DNA from: Squalus acanthias
Lineage: Eukaryota
DNA length: 64,000 bases
NCBI GenBank assembly: GCA_030390025.1
Contig: CM059427.1
Location: 39,680,001-39,744,000 of the forward strand
Direction of reading: 5' to 3'
The translations under genes were made by a program, and so were the position numbers. The notes below the pieces were generated by a model. It did no database searches, was not told where the DNA came from, and worked only from the letters and a program-made list of their open reading frames with translations. Positions 1 to 14,019 of this stretch are shown here, piece by piece. The first letter of the stretch is position 1. Each line of letters begins with the position of its first letter.

Positions 1-2752
1 GGGTGTCCTCTTGTCCCTGAAGCCTGACTATCTATTCTCATTATTTAATTAATTTGTAGCTGGCACACTTGCCCCAGAGCACAAATACATGTATTCAGGG
101 CACATCTATTAGTGGTTGGCATGGTCCTCCGAGCATCAAGGGCAAATTTATTAATTGATGGCTGGACTGGTGCCACTGAAACCTGAATGCATAAATGTGT
201 GGCAGGTTCATTAATTTAATGAATTGCTAGCTGGTTCTCTTATTTCTGACTGCAGTACGCAAGTCAGATTTATTTAATAAATTGCTGGTGAACTTGCTCC
301 CCACCACCCGCTGCCCGAAGCCCCATTAGAATTGTTTAGGCCACATTTATTTACTGGCTATTGCGATGCTCCTGAAGACTTTTGCTGACATTTATTTTTG
401 CAATGAACTGCCAGGTGGACCACTGCTCCTTAAGCCCGATTCCAACGTACTGCAGTCACTCTGAAGAGAGACAAGAGGCCTGCCAAGAAGTGGTGGCAGG
501 CTGAGGGAACGGAGACAAGGAAGCAACAGTCAGATGTCCAAAAGAGAAATAAGCAGGAGGATGTAGTAGTGGATGAGGAGCAGACTATGCTACAAGTAGG
601 ATATCTCTATTTTGCATTGATGGGATTGCATTCATGACTGCACATCAGGTTGTGCTGTCAAGTTCATGCTCAAGCACACAAAATGCACAGGAAAAAGCCA
701 ACAGGACTAGAAAAATGACACGAGGTAAAGCAGCAACTGATACAAATCAATTCCAAACACACAACTTGAAGGAAACAAGAATGTTAAATTAAGTATTCAC
801 ATTACTTTTGTCCTTAAAAATTAATACTAACAAAATATTTTAACGTGCAAAATATTATCCTAGAATTCAGTTCAACATCCAAGTTGAATTATTTAACTAC
901 TTTTAATGTAACTACTTTTAGCGTAGGTCAGGTGCTTATATTGTGAAAATGAAGTTACAGAATTTGCAATTTTGTATATTTACAGGTTTCAGACATTGTC
1001 ATGGAAGCTTCAATGCACTGTCACCTTCAGACCACTGGATGGTTCCAACAATTCCCTCAAGATGATAGTCGACCCTCAGTCGAGTCGGAGGTCTGAACTG
1101 ATGTATTCTATTGCAGTGAGGAAATTTGGGAGTCTCAAAAGTGTCTCATATCAAACAAACAACTGGCTTAAGAAATGGGCCCTAAAATATTGCAAAACAT
1201 TTTGCAATGTACTCATTTCCCACATTGCAAAGTGCTTACAAGGACATCTAACCTTGCTGTGGTAGGCAAGGTGAAGGGAATCGCATCTGTGCCCTCTGGC
1301 CACTCTGTCCCCATTTTCTGGGTTGGTCTTGTGGAAGATGAACTGAACACTTGAGCAGTGGAAGCCAAGATCAGTTTCCCACATGGGTTTTGGTGCACTT
1401 TTTTAGTTTCTATACTTTCTACATTCACATCAGGTTGTGTGTGTGTGTGTGTTGGGATAAATCTGGTCTGCCTCCAAAAATGAATTAGTAACAATTATTG
1501 ATGATCCTCAAGGTAAAGGATCATATATAGAGATAGAAAGGCAAGAATTTTGCTGAATTGATACCAGACTACGCATAAACTGAAGGTTGATATCGTAGGG
1601 TTTTTTTTAATAAAAGAATGTTGATCTAAAAGCTGACAATTTTAAACCCATGCTGACCAAGTTTTTAAAAATCCATATACATTACTGTAATGTATATTAC
1701 ACGTTGTGAAACAGATGACACTCCCATATGCAAAATAATTGAATAGGGGTTTGATAAAACAATGCAACAGTCACCAGACTGAATGAAGAGGGGATGTCAA
1801 ATCCATGTTTCATAAAGTAGGATGCGACAGCCACTCTGCTCTTCCCAGGTTATAATTCAGGCTCGTCACCATGTTGCACAACATCTTTAAACGGACTTTT
1901 TTTGGTTTAGTACCATGCAAGTCATTGTGTTCTTAATAATCCTAAAATGTTCAAACTGCTTTAGAAAATTTGTTGGCTCATGTCAATTTGTTTAAACAGT
2001 ATTAACGGCTCTAATCGATAGACACGTGTTTGCCAAATACAATTTGTAATTTTGTGAACCGTTCAGTAATCATGCATAAAGCCAATGTAGAGAATGTAGG
2101 TTTATGCTGCAGGTGCTATTTTCTGTTCTATTGCCTGTGCAAAGTGCACATGGGGGGGCAAGAGAAGGGGAGTTTATCTTTTTATGATGTACCACATAAG
2201 TAAAATAGTTAAACTGTTGCCTTTTCCTGTAACTGGTCGCCAAATGTGGTTTACTATTAATCAAACGAGTTCTTGTTGATACTATTTACATTTCCCTCTG
2301 CCACATTGAATTGTAAAATTATGAAGGCAATACAAACCACAGAAGATAGTGTATTTTTCTGCATTCAAAAAAAAACATGAAATTTTCTACAAACTGGTCA
2401 GTTGAAAATTGCTGCTTTACTGAAATATTTTGATAAGTTAATAGAAAGTTAAATGATATATATTTAAGCTGTATGCTATATCTGGCTCATTTATTGCAGC
2501 AAGAAATTATGTACTGAGCACAAACAATGAAGACCAGAGTTTTTCTTGAAATGAGGGGGGGGAAAGTGGCCAGCTGCAAGCCTCCTTCCTCTTGGAATGA
2601 TATATCAGAAGTGGAGAATAACCAAAAAGTAGTGGTACTGTTTTAAAACATTTAATAAAGATATACCCATTAGCCAAGGTTCAACTTTATTAAAGTAAAA
2701 TTGAACAAGTTAATTTTCAATAATTCAAATAAATATACCAAAGTGAGCATAC

Positions 2753-2957
2753 CTATTTCTCTGGAGTTGAACTGTCTGGGGCTGAACATTTGGTAACGAT
2801 GATGTTGCTTGTTGAGAAATCGAGCCTGGATTGGACAAATTGCTTGCGGTATTCTTGCCATTTTGAGCTGAGTTTTCTCCCAAGCTCTCAACAGTTGGTA
2901 AATCATCCAGTGATTTATTCATATTATTCCACAGGTTCACTGGGTCCAGAGCATCAT
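2753..2957 (-). CDS. GRB14: GRB7/10/14-family adaptor N-terminal coding exon, probably GRB14
   Basis: Encodes (D)DALDPVNLWNNMNKSLDDL...NGKN...QPQTVQLQRNR, resembling the recalled GRB10 [20 protein letters not shown]...NGQH...QPVHILAVR. Acceptor ttctttacggttag| (phase 1) and donor AG|GTATGC (phase 2). GRB14 is assigned by synteny: it lies directly downstream of COBLL1 on the same strand in vertebrates. Confidence 0.6.
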
Positions 2958-4939
2958 CTAACCGTAAAGAACAGAAGTTGCATTCACTCACCAACAGCTA
3001 ATGCAATTGTTAACTGTCTCTGCAACTATACAGTACTTTCTTGATACATTAGAACACATGCACTGTGCATGCAGTCCAACTCCAGAATTTCATCTGCTAG
3101 CACTGTATGATGTTACAACAATCTACCATGGCAAAAGTTATTTAAAAAATCCTCTGAAATCAGAAGTCTTAATTTGTTAGCAAATTTGATAAAACCTTTA
3201 CATCAAACCTTAATCTGTTGCTTTGGTTGCATATGCCCCAAGCATACTTTTCTAAACAGTACCTGGAAGCCTCACTACTCAAAACATGAACACAAAAGGT
3301 TTCTAGATGGGGCTACGCAACTTTGCTCTGTAATGAGATCTGGCAGTCTTCCAGACTGTAAGCCAACTGCTTCTTTGTTATGGACCTTGCTCAGAGTTCT
3401 TAACTGAACTTTAACCTGCTAAAAAAAATGTTTACACTTGTAAATTATACTACTCAGGCATTAGAAATATTAACAGCAAGTTGCTAAATTTAGTTCAATT
3501 GTCTATTGACAATTTTTTTGGAAGTATTTTTGCGCAGAGTTTAAATTGGATCATGATCACTGTATAGCTGCGATATGCCAGAAACTGATATCAACTCCAC
3601 CCCTACTCCAGTAGAGTGAAACCTATTGCTGAAAGTTGACATGAACCATGATACACACTTATAAACTGGTCTTGTGGGTTGGTACTTTTCCATTGCTTGT
3701 AGGTGGTTTGTAAAATGTCTCTTTAAAAAAAATCTATTATTTTGAAAGTTAAAAAAAAGGCATTTGAATATTTACACAACTTGCGAGTTTGGGAAAAAGA
3801 CGAAAGCAAAAGGGAAGCTTTTTGTTATTCCTTACATCAGGAACACCTAAAATTATGGGATAGACAGCAAAATATATGAAAAAGTCCAACAAAATGCACA
3901 TAAGATGCTTACATTTACAGAAACAAACTAACTGCTGTATTTTCCCCAACAGAAGCTTAGCCACTTTAATGTTAACAGTTGTATCCAGGCTGAAGTGTAT
4001 GCAGAATCAGAAATATTACAGCACATACTGACTGTTTGGCTCCAAGGCGGCACAGGTGTTTTTCTCCAAGAACCACCGAAATCTAATCTCACTCTTCTGC
4101 TTGCTTCCTACACTTTCTAATTTCTCTTTTTCAAGCAATTATCTAAATTGCTTTTTTTTTTTAAATCTTAAAAAAAAGTTAACTCTGCTTCACCAACAAA
4201 AACAATCTTCAATTGTGGTAGAGAATTCCATATTCAACTGTGAATCCTGTGACCTCATGACTGTTTCGCCAAGCGGTGGAAACAATCCAACACCGTTGAC
4301 CATATTGGAAGCCTTCAGGGTTATGAAGGACTAAATCAGGTCACCCTTCTAACAAGAGTGAAAAAGGCCCAACTGCTCACGTTTCTTCCTAATTAAAACC
4401 CTTTATCCGTAGAAGCATCCTAGTGAAAATGTACATTTTCTATTGGTTTTATATTCTTCCTATAATGAGCTGCCCAATATCTCTGCACAATACTCCAACT
4501 ACAGCCCCAGGTCTTGTACAAGTTTAAGATACCTTCCTGCTTTTGTATTTCTCCCCCCCCCCCCCAGAACAAAACCCCAAGGATTCCACCAGCATTTTGT
4601 TATGACCTTATCTATTTCTGCTATTTTACACCACAAATGCACTAAGGTGCTTCGAAACCTCTTCATTTAAAATCTTACCACTTCAGGTGAATTGCCTTCC
4701 CCTATTCATAACTGCAAATAGATCACTTCACATTCTTTACATTAACAAGCATATGCTACCTATCTGCCTATTCTAGTCTATAACTTCCTGTAGTTTTTCA
4801 CAATCCTCATCAGTTTGCCATATTCCCCAATTTGGCATCATCAGCAAATTGCAATACTGTTCCTTCAATTCTCAAGTCCAGTACATTTATGTATAATTTT
4901 TTTTAATTTAAAGTGGCCCCAACAGAGGAGGAGCAAGAA

Positions 4940-6000
4940 TAGCAACTCTCGACATCAGGCAGTATTCAACCAAGTACAGCACCAAGAAGCCTTCGCAAAA
5001 ATAGAAGTCAAGGGGGGTCAAAAGGGGAAATCATCCAATGGCTGGAGTCATACCCGATGCAAAGGAAGATGGTCATCACAGCCCTAGAACATCACTGCAG
5101 AAGTCCCTCAGAAAAGTATCCTCAGCCCAAACATCATCTGCTTGATCAATGATCTTCCTGCCTTAATGTCATACTTGCTGACTATTTCAGTGTTGAGCTC
5201 CATTTGCAAATTCTTTGATAATGAAGCAGCCCATTTCAGCCTACAAGCAGCATCGAGATAACATCTGGCTTGGGCCAACATATTGTGCTAATGTCTTAAA
5301 CAATTGAAAGCCCAGCCATCTCCTTGACCTTCAATGGCACCACCATTGTTGAATCTCAGACATCTTGGAGGCCCCCCCCATTGACCAGAAGCTTAACTGG
5401 ACCAAGCACATCAACATGGTAGCTACAAAAGCAGGGCAGAGGTTGTACACTCTGCGATGAGTAGCTCACCTCCTCCTGACCCATCAAAGCCTATCCAACA
5501 TCTACAAGGCTCAAGGTCAGGAATGTGATGAAACTGTCCTTAAATGGATTGAGTCATAAAACTCAAGCAGCTCGACGTATCCAGGACACAGCAGTTTGCT
5601 TGATCGGTGCTCCTACCGTTGGGCTCAATATCCGATCGTCCTCCACCACCGGTGCACTGTGGCTGCAGTAGGAGAGATCTACAGGATGCACTGCAGCAAC
5701 TCACTACGGTTACTTCAACAGCACCACACCTCCCACCCCTGTGCAGAGGAGGGTAGCAATTTTGTGGGAACACCATCACCTGTAAGCTCCCTTCAAAGCC
5801 ACACATCATGCTGACTTGGACATGCGTAGCAGCTCCTTTATCACTAGGTTAATATCCTGGAATTTCCCATCCTACATCATTGTGAGGGCATCATCACCAT
5901 AAGGATTGCAGTGGTTTAAAGAGAAGATCCATTGCAATCACATCAGGGCAACTAGGGATGGACAATAAATGCAGCCTTGCCTACATCCCAAGAACAAATT
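4940..6000 (+). mobile_element. Old family-B LINE fragment inserted in an old minus-strand CR1 (about 4300-7130)
   Basis: VLHHRCTVAAVGEIYRMHCSNS motif and 3' end ggacaataaatgcagcc. CR1-like sequence on both flanks. Confidence 0.7.
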
Positions 6001-9000
6001 AAAAACAAACTTGTAGAATAACATCTTTCCAATTCAAGAAACCTCCTTTTTAACCATTATCCTTTGCTTTCAGCCCTCCAACCAGCTCTCTGGCCACGTG
6101 ACCAGACTATTCCCTCAATTCCATGTGCTTTATTTTTGACACAAGTCACTTATGTGGTACCTTATCAAATACTTCATAAATCCATATAAACCACAGTCGC
6201 TCCATTTACTTTATCTAGCTCACCATTATTTTTTCCCAAAAGAATTCTACAAAGTTGCTCACGCATCACCTTCTACAAATCTGAGACAACTGGCTTTGAT
6301 CAACTCATGTTTCTCCAACTGCTGATCAATTTCATCCTGCATTAAGACCAATTGTCCTATAATTTTCTGGCTTACCCCAATTCCCTATTATTAAGTAAGG
6401 AGTCACATTTGCCACCATCTAGTTTTGTAACACAATTTTCCTTCCCACAGAATTTTGGAAAAATAGTCAGAACCTCTACTACTTCTTCCTTAGCTTCTCA
6501 AATGTAAACCACAAATCAGGTCTCGGTGATTTGGTTACACCAATGTAATATCATTTCTGTTTGAATATTAACTGATCCACATCTATCTCTGGTGGCTCTA
6601 CAACCTGAATATCACCTCCTCTGGAAACTGAAGCAAGGTATTTGTCATTATTTCAAATCTCGACTGCAAGCTTGCCTCATCTAGCAGCCCTAACCCTTGC
6701 TTGACCATCAATTTATTTTCTGCTTTCTGACAAATGGATTCAAACCCAAACAAATTGGCTTCAAGCCAACTACATTCAGTACCAAACACCCTGTACTCAC
6801 TCAGCTGCCTTCTTCAGTCAGGCCAGAGCCCCAATCAATCAAAGTCCTTCTGTAGTTGAACACCTGTTCAGTGCTTAGTCCTCCCCAGTTTGGCATCAGA
6901 GTTTTGTTTCTGTCACCACTTCCAAGTAATTTATGTGCATTATAAACAGCAATTGTCACAGCACCGATGCCTGACAAATCCCACTAGTTACCCCCTTCCA
7001 TTCCTATTCACCGCCATATAAACCCACATTTTTCTTCATCTATTCCCACTGTTTTCAATCAATTTCAGAAGCGCGCCATTTATACGTACCTTCCAATCCT
7101 GTGAAACTGTAGTGTGTTCTGGTCAGATCACAACTCGAGTGCCTCGTCCAGATGTGGTCGAGACACATTTGGAAGGGGGGGGGGCGCGCGCAATTCAAGC
7201 CCTAGAGGCTGTGCAGTGAACAGCCAGAAGGTTGTCCCCTTTGCCTCAACTGGTCAGCATCCAACTTTCCTTCCTTACTCTTATGCTAGCTGATGGTTCC
7301 CTCCCCTCAAGCATGCCTAGTTTCCCTTATTATCCCTCAAAAAACACTAAACCCTGCCTTCCTCTCCAGTTAGCACCCAATTGCCAACCTTCCTTAACTC
7401 TTCAAGGCCTATGTATACATAATCACCCAACTTCATGCCCATCTCACACTGAATTCCCTGTTTGAATACCTGTAGTCCAGCTTCAACCCTTCTTACAGCA
7501 CTGAAACAATATCCTCCATAATCGTAACTTCGGTACTTTGCCCTCCTCAGTATTCAACATAGACCACATTATCCTCCTTCAAGGTCTTCCTTCCATCATC
7601 TACAACACCAGCTTGAATTTATATAGCACCTTTAAAACAGTAAAACAGCCCAAAGCGCTTCACACGAAGTTAACAAAATGACACCGAGCCACATAAGGAG
7701 ATACAAGAACATGAGAAATAGCAGGAGTAAGCCATTCAGCCTTTTGAGCCTGCTCGGTCATTCAGTAAGCTCGTGGCTGATCTTCTGCCTTAACTCCACC
7801 TTCCTGTACAATCCGCATATCCCTCGATTCCCTTAGTATCCAAAAATCTATCGATCCCAGTCTTGAACATACTCAACGACTGAGCCTCCACAGCCCTCTG
7901 GGATAGAAAATTCCAAAGATTCACCACCCTCAGATGAAATTTCTCCTCATCTCAGCCCTAAATGGCCGACCCCTTATTCAGAGACTGTGACCCCTAGTTC
8001 TAAACTCACCATCCGGGGGAAAATCCTCCCAACATCTACCCTGTCAAGCCCCTTAAGAATTTTATACATTTCAATGCAATTACCTCTTATTCTTGTAAAT
8101 TCTAAGGGATATAGACCTAGTCTAATCAATCTCTCCTCATAGGACAATTTCCCCCCCCACCCCCCCCGCCCGCCCCATCCCAGGAATCAGTCGTGTGAAC
8201 CTTCATTGCACTCCCTCCAAGGCAAGTATATCTTTCCTTAAGTAAGGAGACCACAACGGTACACAGTACTCCAGGTGTGGTCTCACCAAAGCCCTGTATA
8301 ATTGCAGTAAGGCTTCTTTGCCCTTATACTCCAATCTATTTGTAATAAAGGCTAACATATCATTTGCTTTCCTAATTGCTTCCTGTACCTGCATGTTAAA
8401 TTTGCGATTCGTGTACATTGACACCCAGGTCCCTCTGAATACCAATATTTCAGTCTCTTGCCATTTAAAAAAATATTCTGCTTTTATATTTTTACTACCA
8501 AAGTGGATAACTTCGCATTTCTCCACATTATATTCCATCTGCTATGTTCTTGCCCACTCACTTAACCTGTCTATATCCCTTTACAACCTCTGTGTCCTCA
8601 CAACTTACTTTCCCACCCAGCTTTGTAAGTAAGCAAATTGGATACATTGCACTCAGTCCCCTCATGTAAGTCATTGATATAGATTGTAAATACCGGAGGA
8701 CCAAGCACTGATCCTTGCAGTACCCCACTAGTTACAGCCTGCCAACCTGAAAATGACCAGTTTATTCCTACTCTGTTTTCTGTCCATTAACCAATCCATG
8801 CTAATATATTACCCCCAATCCCATGAGCCCTATTGTGTAATAACCTGTGTGGCACCTTCTCAAATGCTTTTTGAAAAGCCAAATACACTAGATCCACTGG
8901 TTCCCCTTTATCTACCCTGCTAGTTACAACCTCAAAACAGATTTGTCAAACACTATTTCCCTTCCATAAATCAGTGTTGACTCTGCCCAATCATGATTTT

Positions 9001-9070
9001 TAAGTGCCGTTACCATGTCCCTAATAATTTTAACATTTTCCCTACTACTGATGTCAGGCTAACTGATCTA

Positions 9071-10160
9071 TGTGAAGGGATAATTACTAGTCCTAGCCCC
9101 TTTAGGGCTACCCCGGATCAGGTGTATTTCTCAGATGTTCACTTTCAACTAAAGTTTGAGGTAGCCGAATCCTAAAGACGCTTAATTGGGTCCAAAGGTC
9201 TGGACTATCTCTCCCTAAAGGAAAGGAACAACCTGAAAATGTTACCATCCTCCAGATAGCACTTTAATAAGTTTAACTAGACTGTAACATTCCGGATATT
9301 GAGAGAGTCCGGAAAACTCCCCCAGAATTCTGCAACTCCTCACCAAAGAGAGTACAAAGATTGAGTTCGCGAGTTTGATACAGAAGTCTTGAGACAATAA
9401 TAAAACTATATATTTTTAGAAAAGAACTGACATCCAGTTTACAGTTCCAAAAAGAGAAAGCTTACAATCTTATCAGAGAACCTTACTCAAATCTTAACTT
9501 CGCTACAGTTTTACAGTTCTTAGTATTCTACTCAGGATATCCACCAAAATCAAATACCTTTGATCCGAGGTACAAAGAGTTGGAGACTTAGAGCTGCCTC
9601 TGAAGCCGAGAATCGCTTTGCCCGATTAAAGCGAGTCTACTATTCCATTTGAGAGTTCAACATTTATACCCTTTTCCAGTGATATTTCCTTTAAGGTTTT
9701 CTGCTGATGTAAGCTAATTATCTCTAGTCATTTTTCTGCTGACCCCTGCAATTCTTAGTCACCTCAGCTGGTAGCATTACAGAATTATGTCTCCTCTCTC
9801 GGTGTCCTAAGTTTACCATAAAAAACGGTGTGGCAGCAGGTGCGTTTTTTACTTGGTCATTTTTACGAAGGCAGATGTTTGTGCTTCTTTACGAGGTGTA
9901 GATTAGAACACCTTATCCAGGGTGAACCATTGTTTCAGTCCCAAAGATCAGCCTGTCAGGAGCCTTTAACCTTCTGTTTCAATAAGGTTATTGATTCAGT
10001 GTCAACACCTATCTTATCTCAATAGCCAGAATGCTTTCATAACTATTTCATAGTTAGGTTTCTAAATTTCCAAACTCATTTGTCATGTTTTAATAAGGCC
10101 AGAATTCTTTCAAAAGATAATGTATTTTTCTGAATAGGTTAGATGGCTTATTCCTTCACA
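9071..10160 (-). mobile_element. Probable solo LTR (1090 bp) inserted in the CR1
   Basis: TG...CA ends with a 9/10 inverted match (tgtgaaggga / ttccttcaca). On the minus strand, TATAAA at 9668-9663 precedes ATTAAA at 9268-9263. CR1 sequence resumes on both sides. The TSD is unclear beyond TA. Confidence 0.7.
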
Positions 10161-10971
10161 TATGGGTCCCTATTTTCTCTCTCCCTCCTTTCTTGAATAG
10201 AGGGCATACATTTGCTACCTTCCAATCTGGGGACTTTTTTAGAATCTAGAGAATTCTGGAAGATCAAAACCAATGCATCCACTATCTCTGTAGTCACCTC
10301 TTTTAAAACCCTAAGATGTAGGCCGTCAGGTCCAGGGGATGTGTTGGCTTTTGGTCTCATTAATTTCTACAGTACTATTTCTTTACGTTCCTCACTCTCA
10401 GTGGACCCTTGGTTCCCCGTGATTTCCAGAATGTTTTGTCTTCTTCCAAGACGACAATAAAGTATTTGTTTAATGTCTCTGCCATTTTCTTATTCCTCAT
10501 TCATTATAATTTCTCATCTCTACTTGTAAGGGACCCATGTTTACTCGCTATTCTCTTTCTAGAAGCTTTTACAGATTGTTTATGTCTCTTGCTAGTTTAC
10601 TCTCATTCTATTTTCTCTATCAATTTCTTGGTCATCCTTTGCTGAATTATAAAATCCCTCCCAATCCTCAGGCTTACTATTCTTTTTGGCAACATTATAA
10701 GCCTCTTCCTTTAATCTAATACTATCCTTAACTTCTCATTAGCCACAGTTGGACCACTTTTCTTTTGCTTTTTTTATTCCTTAAAAGGAATGTTTATTCG
10801 TTGCTAATTATGAATTATTATTTCAGTGTTTGCCATAACTTATCTACCATCATATCTTTTAATCCAGTTTCCCAATCTACCTTAGCCAACTCGCCACTCA
10901 TACCTACGAAGTTTGCTTTATTCAGATTTACGACCCGAGTTTCAGTCTTAAAAATCACACTCAAACTCAAT

Positions 10972-13333
10972 GGCCCTGAATTTCCGATTGGACGCTTCCT
11001 GCAGGTGGATGCCTCCGATCGGAAAAAAAAATGAACCTACATAGATCCCGAAGCTCAGGTATCCCAGTGGTGCATGGGGTTCCAAAGCGCCCCTGGTATC
11101 ACATGGGCCAGGCGAACCAATGGAAGGGAGTCCCCTTCATACTTCACAGTCCCGTACAGACAGAACTGTCAAAGTATGAATGGGATCACATTTAAAACAC
11201 ACACTAACATTAAATAAATTTAAAAAATATTACATGTAAAATTAAAATGCCATTTTTTTAAAAAAAGTTTATGGGATGTGGGCATTGCTGGCAAAGCCAG
11301 CATTTATTGCCCATCCCCAATTGCCCTTGAGCAGGTGGTGGTGAGCTGCCTTGAACCGCTGCAGTCCGTGTGGTGAAGGTACTCCCACAGTGCTGTTAGG
11401 GAGGGAGATCCAGGATTTTGACCCAGCGACGATGAAGGATCGGCGATATACTTCTAAGTCAGGATGGGGTGTGACTTGGAGGGGAACTTGGAGGTGGTGG
11501 TGTTCCCATGCGCCTGCTGCCCTTGTCCATCTAGGTGGAAGAGGTCGCGGGTTTGGGAGGTGCTGCTGAAGGAGCCTTGGCGAGTTGCTGCAGTGCATCT
11601 TGTAGATGGTACACACTGCAGCCACGGTACGCCAGTGGTGGAGGGAGTGAATGTTTAAGGTGGTGGATGGGGTGCCAATCAAGCGGGCTGCTTTGTCCTG
11701 GATGGTATCGAGCTTCAAGTGTTGTTGGAGCTTCACTCACTCAGGCAAGTAGAGAGTATTCCATCACACTCCTTACTTGTGCCTTGTAGATGGTGGAAAT
11801 GCTTTGGGGAGTCAGGTGGTGAGACATTCGCCACAGAATATCGAGCCTCTGACCTGCTCTTGTTGCCACAGTATTTATGTGGCAGATCCAGTTAAGTTTC
11901 TAGTCAACGGTGACCCCCAGGATGTTGATGGTGGGGGATTCGGCGATGGTAATACTGTTGAATGTCAAGGGGAGATGGTTAGACTCTCGCTTATTGGAGA
12001 TAGTCATTGCCTGGCACTTCTGTGGCACGAATGTTACCTGCCACTTATCAGCCCAAGCCTGAACGTCGTCCAGGTCTTGTTGCATGCGGGCATGGATTGC
12101 TTCATTATGAGGAGTTGTGAATGGTGCTGAACACTATGCAGTCATCAGTGAACATCCCCATTTCTGACCTTATGTTGGAGGGTAGGTCATTGATGAAGCA
12201 GCTGAAGATGGTTGGGCCTGAGGAATTCCTGCTGCAATGTCCTGGGGCTGTGATGATTGACCTTCAACCACCACAGCCAGCTTCCTTTGTGTTAGGTATG
12301 ACTCCAACCAGCCAGTGGAGCATTTCCCTTCCCCCCCCCGCCACCCCTGATTCCCATTGACTTCAGTTTTACTAGGGCGCCAAGATGCCACACTCGGTCA
12401 AATGCTGCCTTGATGTCAAGGGCAGTCACTCTCACCTCACCTCTGGAATTCAGCTCCTTTGTCCATGTTTGGACCAAGGCTGTAAATGAGGTCTGGAGCC
12501 GAGTGGTCTTGGCGGAATCCAAACTGGGCATCAGTGAGCAGGTTATTGGTGAGTAAGTGCCACTTGATAGCACTTCCAATAACACCTTCCATCACTTTGC
12601 TGATGATTGAGAATAGACTGATGGGGCGGTAATTGGCCAGGTTGGATTTGTCCTGCTTTTTGTGGACAGGACATACCTGGGCAGTTTTAAACAAACATTT
12701 ATTTATGAGGCTAAAAATAAACCTTTTTTTTTTATAAAGAGAATTTTTAATTTATAAATTAAGTGATTGTTGAGGCTGCCGTGAAACACGAATTAAGGCT
12801 GAATCCATTTGTGTTAAACAAGAGACTTTTTAATCACAGCATGGCACAAAATGGCAGAACCGAAAAGCCCCCAGAATTCTCTGGGTAAAACCTGAGGCCC
12901 CACCCCCTCCTGCCTAAAAGGTAAGGTGCCTTAAAGGGAAGGGGCTGGAAATTTGTCCACAGACGGAAGAGTGGATTATGCCCGTTTTAGGTGGCGATCC
13001 GCCACATGATCAAATTTTATTTTTCTACTTTTTAAAACTCTTATTTTGATAAAAGCAGGCCTTATGGCTGCTTTTATCAGGCATAAGAATTTGACAGGCT
13101 TTCAGCTGGCGAGAGTTGTGCAAAAAGCGCAACTCTCCACCCGCAGAGGCACTTTTCTTGGGCATGCAGATGATCTGTCAAGAGAATTCTTGACCGATCA
13201 CAAGTGCTGGGTTTTAGCGCATGCACTTCGCACGCCTGAAACCAGCACTTGCACGGCCCCTATGGGTGCGTACACACCTCATACGCATTTGTGGTGGGGG
13301 GTGGGGGGGGGGGGGGGTCGGAAAATCCGGCCG
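10972..13333. mobile_element. Non-autonomous DNA transposon (MITE, PIF/Harbinger-like) split by a LINE
   Basis: Ends ggccctgaatttccga / tcggaaaatccggccg. AAT is duplicated at 10969-10971 and 13334-13336. Confidence 0.75.
11267..12688 (-). mobile_element. 5'-truncated LINE, CR1-group family B (RT region and 3' end)
   Basis: VCPVHKKQDKSNLANYRPISL, QFGFR, ALDIKAAFDRVWH and WADKWQVTF motifs across frameshifted ORFs. Confidence 0.88.
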
Positions 13334-14019
13334 AATATAAAATTTTATGACCACTCTTCCCTGGGGCTCCTCTAATAAAAGGTTATTAATTAACCCTCTC
13401 TCATTGCACAGTACTAAATCTAAAATAGTTTTCTAGATCAGTATGCCGAACAGGCTATCTTGAATGCATTCCATGAACTTGTCCTCAGCACTATTACTGC
13501 ACATTTGCTTTGCCAGTCTATATGTAGCTTAAAGTCCCCCATGATGATTGTATTACCCTTGTTACATGCAGCTCTAATCTCCTGATTTATACTGCGCCTG
13601 ACACTACTACTACTGTTCGGGGGCAAGAAACTACTCCCACCAGTGTTTTCTGCCCCTTGTTTCTTAGCTCCGAGCCAAGATCTTTTCTCTCTACTGTCTT
13701 TATTGCATCGTTTATTATCAGGGCTACCCCATCCCCACTTTCTTTTCCATTTTGCCTATCTCTTCTAAAAGTTAAGTATCCTGGAATATTTAGTTCCCAA
13801 CCTTGGTCACACTGCAACCACATCTCAGCAATGGCTATTTGATCAAGTCCATTTATTTCTATCTGCTATTAATTCATCTATTTTGTTACAAATGCTTCAC
13901 GTATTCAGATATACCATCCACAACCTTGGCATTCTATATTGTGTAGACCCAGTATACTTCATCACAACTTGGGGGGGGGGGGGGGGGGGGGGGGAGGAGA
14001 GAGAAGAGAGAGAAAGAGG

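Larger units (their letters stand above)
7703..13910 (-). mobile_element. Degraded CR1 LINE ORF2 (EN to 3' end), interrupted by a solo LTR and a MITE/LINE
   Basis: ORF fragments LYRALVRPHLEYC (8203-8538), SPGPDGLHLRVLKE (10148-10360) and GDFKLHIDW / WLQCDQGWELNIPGY (13438-13823). CR1 3' end near 7703. Confidence 0.88.

Noticed and set aside
972-1494. Overlapping 77-97-aa ORFs as the next GRB14 exon
   Set aside because: None contains the expected P(S/A)IPNPFPEL motif, so that exon probably lies left of the window.
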